NCBI GenBank assembly: GCA_038087875.1
Contig: CM075992.1
Location: forward strand, 2,420,001 to 2,484,000
Length of the DNA: 64,000 nucleotides
Reading direction: 5' to 3'
Source of the DNA: Malacoraja senta
Taxonomy: Eukaryota
Shown piece by piece: positions 38,541-49,312 of the stretch. Positions within the stretch are counted from its first letter, which is position 1, and every line of letters starts with the position of its first letter. A program made the translations under genes and the position numbers. The notes under the pieces were generated by a model, which was not told the origin of the DNA, did not search any database, and worked only from the letters and a program-made list of their open reading frames with translations.

Positions 38541-41500
38541 GGGATACTCCTTAATCCTACTTGTCTAGAACTTTTATTGGCCTCTTTATAGCTCCCAATT
38601 TCTTTAGTGTCTAGAGATACAATGTGGAAATAGGCCCTCCAGCCTATCGAGTCCACCATTGATCACCGGCACACTAGTTCCAAGTTATCCCACGTATGTA
38701 TGTTATCTCAATGCATCTCACACTATAGGGACAGTTCAGAGAAGCCAATTAACGTACAAACCTGCATGTCTTTGCATACCTTTGGAGTGTGGGAGGGAAC
38801 TAGAGCACCTGGAGAAAACCCACATGGTCACAGGAAGAACGTACACACTCCGCACAGACAGCACCCATAGTCAGGATCGAACCCAGATCTCTGGCACTGT
38901 GAGGCAGCAATTCTATCGCTGTGCTACCTTGCCACCCAAAGTACTTACATTATTTTCTGCGTCATTTGTAATCCTTATGGGCCTTGTCTGATTTCACCTT
39001 CCTAAACCTTACATGGAGTTCCTTTTTCATTTTAACTAAACATGTAATGTCTCATCATCCCAAGTTCCCTAACTGTGTCACAGCTGGTGTACTAGATACT
39101 GTTCTCGTCACCACACTAAAGGAAGGATTTAGAGTCATAGAGTGATAGTGTGGAAACAGGCCCTTCGGCTCCAACTTGCCCACACCGGCCAACATATCCC
39201 AGCTGCACTCGTCCCACCTGCCTGCATTTTGCCCATAACCCTCTAAACGTGTCCTATCCATCCAGTTAGGAGAGAGATCCTAATGTTGGAGACAGGAGGA
39301 TCATCAAAGACACCACATGGGAAGAATCAGGTAAGAGGTACCTTCAATTGTTTCCTCCTGGTGTAAGGATAAGAGATATGTCAGAGTTAGTTGCCCACGG
39401 CTGACAACAATGGTAGTGAACCATCTCAATAAATGGAACAGCGACTCGATTATTGTCAGTCCGAAGAAGCAGCCTGATCTGAATCACCTATCCATGTTCT
39501 CCAAAAATGTTGCTTGACCCTCTGAGTTACTCCAGCACCGTGTGTCTTTTTGTACAAACCAGCATCTGCAGTTCCTTGTGTCTCCATTTCAAAAAAGCCA
39601 TTGAGTCTCCACCCAATTCCCGGCTTTGGTTTGTAGCCTTGTAGTTTGTAGTTCACTTTAGTTTAGCTTGGAGATACAGTGCGGAAACAGGCCCTTCGGC
39701 CTACCGAGTCCGCACCGACCAGCAATCCCCGTACATTAACATTATCCCACACACACTAGGGACAATTTTACATATATACCAAGCCAATTAACATACAAAC
39801 CTATCCATCTTTGGTGTGCGGGAGGAAACTGAATGCGGTGACGGGGGAGAACGTACAAACCGTACAGACAGCACCCGTAGTCAGGATCGAACAGGGGTCT
39901 CCGTCGCAAAGGGTGGTAGGTGTATGGAACGAGCTGCCAGAAGAGGTAGTTGAGGAAGGGACTATTGGAACATTTAAAGAGGTACATGGATAGGACAGGT
40001 TTAGAGGGATATACTGTAGGCCAAACGCAGTCAGGTGGGACAAGGGTACATGGGACATGTTGCCCGGTGTGGGCAAGTTGGGCCGAAGGGCCTGTTTCCA
40101 CGCTGTAAGCCTCTATGACTATGACTCCAGGCTATTTATACCCATGGCCCAGAGCTGACCTCCCAGTCATTTCTCATCCTCTGGAGGGGAAGTCACTCAT
40201 GGTGTCTCTGTGTTTGCCCAGATACAATGTGTGCTGGAGGGGGAGGTGAGGCTGTGAATCCGCTCACCACCACCAAGTAGCCAGAATTAGCAATGCGGAA
40301 ATGGATGACAGCGGAACTGTGAGAGGTTACTAATACATGAGCACGAGGCAATTAGAGGGAACCAAAAATGCAGAAGTGCATTTTTAAATGAATGAATTGC
40401 CAAATGACAACTCATTAAGTGTGGTCACCTGAGTCAGGATAATGAGTGAATGGGGTTTGGGGCAAGAACACCAGGGTTGTGGAGGAGCTCTGGTTTATGG
40501 ACAGTGAAAGGGGTGAGATTGGCTCAGTATGTGGTGGAATGATTGAGTTTCTGGGAAAGAAGGGCAAGGGTGAGGGTCTCAGCAGCAGATTGGTAATGTT
40601 ACAAAGGACGAAACACATGTTACTGGTGATGGGGAAGATATGGCGTCAGAAGGTCTATCCTGGGTTAATGGTTCACCATAAGAATGTCTATGTTAAGCAA
40701 CTGTAGTCACAGAGGTAATGTTGGGAAAGGCAGCAGTCAATTTTAACAAGCTAATCTGCCACAATCTATCATATAATATTATGAGGGGCATAGATAGGGT
40801 AGACAATCAGAACCTTTCTCCCAGCATGGAAATGTCCAACACCAGAGGGCATATCTATAAGGTGAGAGGGGAAAAGATAAATGAAGATGTGCAGGACATG
40901 GGCACGTTTTTTACACAGTGAGTGGTGGGAGCCTGGAACGTAATGCCAGGGTAAGTTTAGTTTAGAGATACAGCGCGGAAACAGACCCTTCGGCCCGAGT
41001 CTGTGCGACCAGCGATCCCCGTACACTGACACTATCCTATGTGCACTAGGGACAATTTACAATTTTAACAAAGCCAATTGGCCTACAAACCTGTATTAGT
41101 GTGGGAGAAAACCGGAGATCCCGGAGAAAACCCACACAGATCCCGGGGAGAATGTACAATCTCCGTACAGACAGCAGCACCTAGTTAGGATCGTACCTGG
41201 GTTTCTGGTGCTGTAAGGCAGCAACTCTACCACTGTGCCACCACCAATGGTGGCGAGATATATGATAGTGGTGTTCACGAAGCTTTTAGATAGGCATGGA
41301 GGTACAGGAAATACAGGGATATGGATCATGTACAGGCAGATGAGATCAGTTTAACTTGGCATCACAGACATTGTAGGCTGAAAGGCCCCGTCCTATGCTG
41401 TACTGTTCTACAAACTGCGCTTTGGTTACAACTAGATGATCTTTGTTTGAGATGTTGATTGAAGGATAAACATTAGTCAGGACACAGTTAATAACTTCTC

Positions 41501-42180
41501 ATTTTCATAGTTCTATGGAATCTTGAACAACCGCGTAGGAGAGCAGACAAGAGCTCAGCTTAACGTGCAGTGTGAGAGATGGGCTTCTTTTTAATGTTTC
41601 CTCCTCAGTGTTGCACCAGAGCAACAGTGTGGGCATCTCTCTGCTCAAACCTCTGGCTTGGGACTTGAACTCAGACCATTTTGACTCTCGGATAAAGTGT
41701 GAACCATTGGTTCACAGCTGATGTACATCATTGTTCCAGATGCTGGCTGGGAATAGGGAAGAGGAGAGTGTATAAAGTGTGTGCCAGGGCCCAGGATAAT
41801 GGCTTTAGAACAGAACAGTACAGCACAGGAACGGGCCCTTCAGCCCATAATATCTGTGCCGGACATAATGCCAACAAGCTCTTATCTGCCTGCACATATC
41901 CTATATCCCTCCATTCCCTGCATATCCATGTGCCAATCCAAAAATCTCTTAAATGCCATTATCATATCTGCCTCAACCATAAAGTCATAAGGTCACAAGG
42001 AATAGTAGAATTAGGCTATTCGGCCCATCAAGTCTGCACCATTCAATCATGGTTGATCTAACCCCATTCTCCTGCCTTCTCCCCATAACCTCTGACACAT
42101 TTGCTAATCAAGAATCTATCTATTTCTGCCTTAAAATATCCACTGCCGGCCTCTACAGCCTTCTGTGGCAAAGAATTCAC

Positions 42181-43367
42181 CGCAACGGCAACGTTCCAAA
42201 CGATCGCGTTCCACAAAATCTCATTCGCAAGATGATTAAAATGCCCATTAATTGACAGGAATTAAACATTAAATTCCTTCCTTGGCCTATAAATTTATGA
42301 CAATGAGATTTAAAAATCATGTTATATTGTGAATTCTTGTGTGAATGTTATTTGGACACTTAGGCTATTTAAAAATGTTAACATTTTCTTAAGAAATGGA
42401 TAGATGTTTAGATCTAGTAATTGAATTTTGTAATTAGCTACAATTAGGTAACTAACTAATGGCTCTGTCCCACGGGTTTGCGGTCGTTGGCAGTGAAGCG
42501 CGGCGTCGCCGGAAGAGGGGACCGCACGGCAACCTCGAGAGCACCGCATGGATGCTGCGCGGGGGGCCAAGTACGGCCGGTTCCACGAGCTTGCGGTTTC
42601 GGCTGATGACGTCTTTCGGATCGCGTGGTGGCGGCGGCCGTGCCGCACATGTACCTCACTGGCGGCGGCTGGTGGCGGCGGCTGTGCCGCACACGTACCT
42701 CACTGGCGGCGGATGTGGCGGCGGCTGTGCCGCACACGTACCTCACTGGCAGCGGCTGTGGCGGCGGCCGTGCCGCACACGTGCCTCACTGGCGGAGGCT
42801 GTGGCGGTGCAGGTTCGACTCACGGCGCTCGTGCCTCACTGGCGGCGGCTGTGGCGGTGACCGTGCCGCACTGGCGGCGGCTGTGCGGTAGGAACATATT
42901 TTTGGACAGTGTTGGGTTTTTTAGCACCGGCACTGTGCGTTTGACCGAGCCCGCGGTCTCTGGCGGCCCAGGAGCGGTAGATAGTTCCTGTTTCGCCGCC
43001 AATGACTGCAGACTCGTGAGACAGGCCTTTAATTATATGCTTTAATTTCAGGTCATCCAAGTAAGATTATTTCATATTTGTTTCAGAATGCTTAAATCTA
43101 TAATAACTAAACATTTCATTCAGTTCTCTTAATTTTAAGAAAGTTATGGGCTTTTGACTGTCCTCGATCACAGCTTTTGTGTTAAGTCAATGGAAAAGCA
43201 ATAGGGAACAAGATGCTAATTTAAGAGTATGAAAATGGCCATAACTTTTTTAATACTGAAGATATGAAAGTGAATTAGGTGTCAAATTAAACTTCTTTTT
43301 ATGCTTTATCTGATGGGATAAATTGCAGACTTGATTTTTTAAATCTCAAAATTTTGTAACATTGCTA
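42181..43367 (-). mobile_element. AT-rich DNA transposon end (terminus TAGCAATGTTACAAAATTTTGAG on the - strand), carrying a nested MITE
   Basis: About 400 bp is the reverse complement of 46773-47140. Absent from duplication copy 1. Confidence 0.75.
42460..43029. mobile_element. PIF/Harbinger-type MITE with internal ~43-bp GC-rich tandem repeats
   Basis: ~30-bp imperfect TIRs (ggctctgtcccacgggtttgc / gcagactcgtgagacaggcc) and a TAA TSD at 42457-42459 and 43030-43032. Confidence 0.8.
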
Positions 43368-44801
43368 GGTATAGATGTAAAAATTGTCCCTAGTGCAGGA
43401 TAGTGTTAATGTGCGGGTATCAGTGGGCCGAAGGGCCTGTTTCCACGCTGTATGTCTAAATTAAACTAAACTAAACTCATTACTGAAGGCTAACAACTGC
43501 TACCACATGGCCATACGTCATATGTACCGTTGTGCCATTATATCTAAAATGGAACCGAGTGAACTACAATCAGTTTTCGATGCATAAGCTATATTGGAAG
43601 AGGATATTGTGGTTAGCTGTGACAAAGACTTGTTTCAATCTTTGCCACAGTCAGACCTAACATCATTAGTGGCTTTGGTGAAAGGCTTTGCAATACTGTA
43701 AAGGCCCCAAAATCCTAAAGTTTAGTTTAGTTTAGTTAGTTTAGATTGGTTGGAAGCTCCTCAAACTGCAGAGCATTTTGGACAATACAGCACACACCCT
43801 CCATGACATATCTTGGGATAATGAACAGATATGGTCGCTAACAGCAGATGATGGTGTTTTGTGTGTTCACGACAGTAGCTAAAACAAAGGTTTGCCCTTT
43901 CAATCTGCTTTGTTTTCTCTGGGAGCATAGTGCCAGGACCAGAAATAGTGATGGGCAATCAGGAAGTCACAGTTGGAGGTGAAGTTTTACTGACTCATTT
44001 CCTCAGAAATATTGTAATGTGATTCTACTCTGTGCATACAAACACAAACTAAAGCGGAAGGTCGACACGAAATGCTGGAGTAACTCAGCGGGACTGGCAG
44101 CATCTCTGGAGAGCAGGAATGGGTGACATTTCTGGTCAAGACCCTTCTTCAGACTGATCCAGCATCTGCAGTTCCTTCCTACTGAAGTGGAATGAAGGCT
44201 AATCCCAGGTGATGTCCAAATCTTCAGCATTTGTCAAACGATCTAAAGCGGTTCAAGAAGGCACTGCAGATGCTGGAAAAATCAAAGGTAGATAAAAATG
44301 CTAGAGAAACTCAGCGTGTGAGGCAGCATCTATGGAGCGAAGGACTAGGTGACGTTTCGGGTCTGAAGAAGGGTCTCGACACGAAATGTCACCTATTCCT
44401 TCGCTCCATAGATGCTGCCTCACCTGCTGAGTTTCTCCAGCATTTTTATCTACTTTCAAGCGGTTCAAGGAACCTATCTATGACTTTTGCAGAGCCTGGA
44501 TAGTGTGGATGTGGAGAGGATGTTTCCACTAGTGGGAGAAGTCTGGGACCACAGGCCACAGCCTCAGAATAAAAGGATGTACCTTTAAAAAGGTGATAAG
44601 GAGGAATTTCTACAGTGGTGAAACTGTGGAATTCATTACTGTGGAAGGTAATATTTTTAAGGAGGAGAATGACAGATTCTCGATTCGTACGGGTGTCAGG
44701 GGTTATGGAGAGAAGGCAGGAGAATGGGGTTGAGGGAGATAGATCAGCAAAGATTGATTGGCGGAGTAGACTTGATTGGTCTAATTCTGCTCCTAGAACT
44801 T

Positions 44802-46101
44802 TTTTTTATTTTATTAGAAGTATTGTACATTACAGTAATCTGCAATAACGTAAGTTTATACTTTTCTTGTACCACTTCTTATTTTAAACTTTAATAAGAG
44901 AAAAGGATAGAAAGAGTTAGTAAAGATAGTAAGTGAGTGATTGAAAGAGTGGTGCAGGAACACCCATATGGACCTAAACCACAAGAAATAGTTTTTTAAA
45001 AAAGAGAAAAAAAGAGAAAAACCAAAAGGAGGAAAAAGAAAAAAGAAAAAATATGATAAGATAGGACAATATGAAAGGGATGTACCTACTTCATATCTTT
45101 ACTCACCCCTCTTCAGGTCCTGAAACCATTTATTATCAACATTTTGTTGCACCCTATGTTTGATTTTTGATAGTCGATTTTTGAAGTCGATAAATGGAGA
45201 CCAAATCTTTTGGAATTGGTCTGGTTTACCTGCTAAGAGGAATCTCGTATCTTCTAGGTGTAACAATTCCGACATATTAGAAGTCCACATTTTTGTCGTT
45301 GGCGTGGGAGCGTTTTCCCAAAATTTCAGTATAGGTTTTTTTGCCGTTATTAAGCCATAATTAAGAAAACTCCTTTGAAACGAAGTCAGCTCCAAACGTG
45401 CTTCTATTGTTCTAAAAATAATCAGTTCTACATTCGGTTTCAGTTTTATTTTAAATAATTTAGTAAAAATTTCAACAATTTAATTCCAAAATTTTTGGAT
45501 TTTTATACAAAAAACAAAAGAATGTGCTATAGTTGCTTCTTGGGTTAGGCATTTATCACAGATAGAAGAGGTATTTGGGTAAAATTTACTTAATTTAGCT
45601 TCCGAATAGTATAATCTATCTAAAATTTTAAATTGAATTAGAGTATGTCTTACGTTAATCGAGCATTTATGCACATATAACAGGTGTTTATCCCAACTCT
45701 CTTTCGAGATTTTTATAGCTAGTTCTTGTTCCCATTCTCTTCTAATCCTATCAGATGATGGAATTTCTATGTTTAGAATGGAATTATACAGATATGATAT
45801 TAAATTAGCTGATTCTGCTTTTATATTCATTATCTCATCTAATAGGTCTGGCATCGTGTATATCATCAAAATATACACGAGCATATTTTGATATGCTCGT
45901 GTATATTTTTTCAAATAGTCACGTATTTGAAAATATTTAAAATATTGATTACTACTCAAGTTGTATTTAAGTTGTAGTTGGTGAAATGTTAAAAACCTCC
46001 ATTATCATACATATCTCCAAACGTTTTAATTCCTACTCTATCCCAATTTGTAAAAGATTTATCTATCATAGAAGGTTTAAACAAATGGTTATTCATTATA
46101 G
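44802..46101 (-). mobile_element. L1/Tx1-clade LINE 3' fragment with 14-bp TSD
   Basis: IQFKILDRLYY..CDKC....ATIAHSFVFCIKIQKFW, poly(A)-like end, TSD tgctcctagaactt (44788-44801, 46102-46115). Empty site at ~16240. Confidence 0.92.
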
Positions 46102-46572
46102 TGCTCCTAGAACTTATGAAGGTATGAACTATGATGGGGAACAGCAGGGGGGGGGGTTGTTACTGTGATGGGAGACTGGGTAGGGAGGGGGTTACAGTGA
46201 TGGGAATGTGGGAGGTTTACTATGATGAGGCAGGAGTAGAGGAGTGGGGTACTGTCAAGGAAGGTGGTGTTTTTTTATGATCGGAATGTAGGTGAGGGAG
46301 AGAAGGGTGGGGAGTAACACCCATTGTGCTGATTATCAGAGCCAGTGTGAATCTTCCACTGATGTTAAGGGCAGTCTACAGCAAAGATACTAGTATCTTT
46401 GGTCTACAGCCTTTTTTTGGAACTGGGGCTTTCTCTGCCTTTAGTTTCTGAATTGTTTCTGGGAAATTAGAGAGATTGTCTGCATTAATAGCGAGCGTGT
46501 GGGCTGCGGGAGCGCTGTGTTCATTTGGACGGGCGGTGATCAAAGAGGCAGCAGGCGCCGAGGGTCGCAGTC

Positions 46573-46639
46573 ATGGTCTCTACACTCACTTCAAGCGGAA
46601 GATACCTTCACCTTGTCTTGTTCGTATTCACGTTAACAA
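46573..46639 (+). CDS. Duplicated signal-peptide exon 1 (second copy; no Ig exons follow inside the window)
   Basis: Identical to 16851-16917 except one synonymous change (GGG>GGA). ATG context and GTTAGT donor are intact. Confidence 0.7.
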
Positions 46640-46772
46640 GTTAGTACAATCCTCATATCAAACGCGTTTCTCCCATGGCGTGTAGCATTTTTATTTCATG
46701 GCCTAGCTATTAAGCGGAGCTCGAGAATCAGCGGGGGGATTTCCTGTCATTTATTAATGTCCAAACAAAAAG

Positions 46773-47775
46773 TAGGAATGTTACAACATTTTGAGATTTT
46801 AAAAATCAAGCATGTAATTTATCCCATCAGATAAAGCTTAAAAAGAACTTTAATTTGATACCTAATTCACTTTTATATCTTCAGTATTAAAAAAGATATG
46901 GCCATTTTTCATACTCGGAAATTAGCATCTTGTTCCCTATTGCTTTTCCAATGGGTTAACACAAAAGCTGCGATCGAGGACAGTCAAAAGCCCATAACTT
47001 TCTTAAAAATTAAGAGAACTGAATGAAAATTAGTTATTATAGATTGAAGGATTCTGAAACAAATATGAAACATCTTACTTGGATGACCTGAAATTAAAGT
47101 ATATAATTAGTTTGTTACCTAATTGTAGCTAATTACAAAATTGACCGTTGTGATAGTAATAAACACCCAGACTGCCTTGAAAATTCAAAAATGTGATATT
47201 CTCAAGATCAGAACTTTATTATTGTATTACATGCTGTAAGTCCGTAACAGATAGGTAAAGAAATCACAATTTCTAGCAATAGATCAAGTCTTTATGGAGA
47301 AGATCAGCTGCAAGCTGGTACATTGGTATATCATAATCAGTAGCATCATCATACTCCTCAGATTGTAACCAATACGCAAACTCTGTACACCCTGTTTTTC
47401 CTCAACTTTTCAATTTTGGCATTGTAAAGTACAGGTTTTTGCTCTTCAAACCACACATGACATGCCTTTCTGCCCACTACTTTCCCACTAAGAATGTCCT
47501 GTAGATCATCACATTTGGCGTAGTCCAAAATCGGATAATCTCTGCGAATGCTGTCTTCTTTGGAGACATCTGTTTAAAATGTGAAGGAAAAAAAACACTG
47601 AACAGCATGAACAGAAACAAGTTCTTATTTCAGTTTTAGAAAAAAAGGTAGAAATAATAACGTTAAATGCTAAAGCAAATAGTAAATACCCAACAAAAAA
47701 TTCATATTCATCATTTTCATCAAATCAATTAAATTCATCTAATCAATTAAATTCATCTAAATTCAATTACTAGAT
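46773..47775 (+). mobile_element. Second end of the same DNA transposon family, including the last coding exon
   Basis: Starts TAGGAATGTTACAACATTTTGAG, is inverted relative to 42181-43367, and contains the decayed exon 47273-47569. Confidence 0.75.
47273..47569 (-). pseudogene. Frameshifted terminal coding exon inside a DNA transposon (C-terminal Tudor/Spindlin-like beta domain)
   Basis: tttaaacag acceptor. Reads ...ILSGKVVGRKACHVWFEEQKPVLYNAKIEKLRKNRVYRV/AYWLQSEEYDDATDYDIPMYQLAADLLHKDLIYC* with one extra base near 47378. The domain assignment is by eye. Confidence 0.5.
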
Positions 47776-48480
47776 GTGTCCCCCATCCTCTCTGTCCCCG
47801 CCCTCTGCCCCCCTCTCTGCCCCCTCCCTCTGCCCTCCCCCCCACCCTCTCTTCCCCCCTCCCTCTCTAGGGAATCCCTCACTTCCCCCATTCCCCCACT
47901 CCCTCTTCCTTCCCCCCCTTCCTCTATCTCCCCCTCTGCCCTCCCTCCACCTCACCAATCTCATCCTCCCCCTCCCCCCACCTCACCCCTCTCCCCCTCC
48001 ACATCCACCTCCCTCTCCTCTACCCCATCCCTCTCACCCCCTACCCTCTCTCTCTCACCCCCCTCCCCGAGGCAGAGAAAGAGAGGGGGGGAGGGGGGGG
48101 GTGAGACGGGGTGGAGAGGGTGGGGGTGGAGGGGGGGATGGAGAGGGCCCATCCTCGCTGCCCCACGACTCTCTGCCCCCCTCCCTTTCTGCCCCCCCTC
48201 TCTGCTACCCCCCTCCCTCTCTAGGAAATCCCTCACTTCCCCCTCCCCCTTCTTTCCTCCCCTCCTTTCTCCCCCCTCTGCCCTCCCTCCACCTCACCCC
48301 TCCCCCATACCTCACATCTCCCCCCGTCTCCCATTCTCCCCCTCTCACCCCACTTCCCCCTCCTCCCCCCTGTGTGTTTGGGGGGTGGTTAGTGTGTGTG
48401 TGACCCCCCCCCCGCCACCATGCCTTGAGGGGACAGGACCCCTTGGTCTAGTATCTTATCTATCTATCTATCTATCTATC

Positions 48481-49145
48481 TTTTTTTTATTTTATTATTT
48501 TTTAATTAAAAAAAAAAAAATTAGAAGTACATTACATTACAACCAATTACATTAGTACTCGTCACGTATATCTTATTACAATTAATGTACTGTCATTTTT
48601 TACACTAATAAAGGGAAAGGATGAGATTGAGAGAAAGGAGAAAGTGAAGGAAAATAGTGAAAGTGTAAAAAACTTGACAACAAAAAAGAACAAAGACCCT
48701 ATAAGAAAGAAATTAAAAAAAAAAATTAAGAAATAGACCCTAAAAAAGAAGAAAAAAGAGAAAGAGGGAAAAGAGAAAAACAAATACTTTGTTGTAAGCA
48801 TCACGCAAATGGGATATACCAACTCTCCAGCTTTCATCCCCCCTTACCTGACTTCAGTTTTATTTTTATTTAAAGTACTTTTGCACCCTATACTTTTAAT
48901 AATTCTATAAATGCAGACCACGTCAGGTGGAAGTGATCTGGTTTACCTGCCAGGAGGAGTCTTATCTCTTCTAGGTGTAATGTTTCGAACATATTTGAAA
49001 TCCACATGTTGGTATTGGAGCGTTTTTCCAGAATTTTAGGATTATCGTTTTTCCAGTTATTAACCCATAGTCTATTAATTTCTTTTGGAACACATTTAGT
49101 TCTGGACTATCTTCCGTTGTTCCGAAGATAATCCATTCTGCCTAG
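48481..49145 (-). mobile_element. L1/Tx1 3' fragment between two Helitron 3' ends
   Basis: Similar to 45150-45430 (ttacctgc..aggag..cttatctcttctaggtgtaa) with a poly(A)-like end. Confidence 0.7.
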
Positions 49146-49237
49146 TTGGTTAGTGTCTGTGTGACCCCCCCCCCCCGCCTTGAGGGGACGGGACCCCTTG
49201 GTCTGGTCTAGTCTGTCTGTCTGTCTGTCTGTCTGTC

Positions 49238-49312
<75 letters not shown>

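Larger units (their letters stand above)
36465..46771 (+). repeat. Segmental duplication, copy 2
   Basis: Same blocks as copy 1, with several deletions and copy-specific TE insertions. Near-identical spurious ORFs occur in both copies (e.g. 10873 vs 41699, 15683 vs 44231). Confidence 0.93.
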
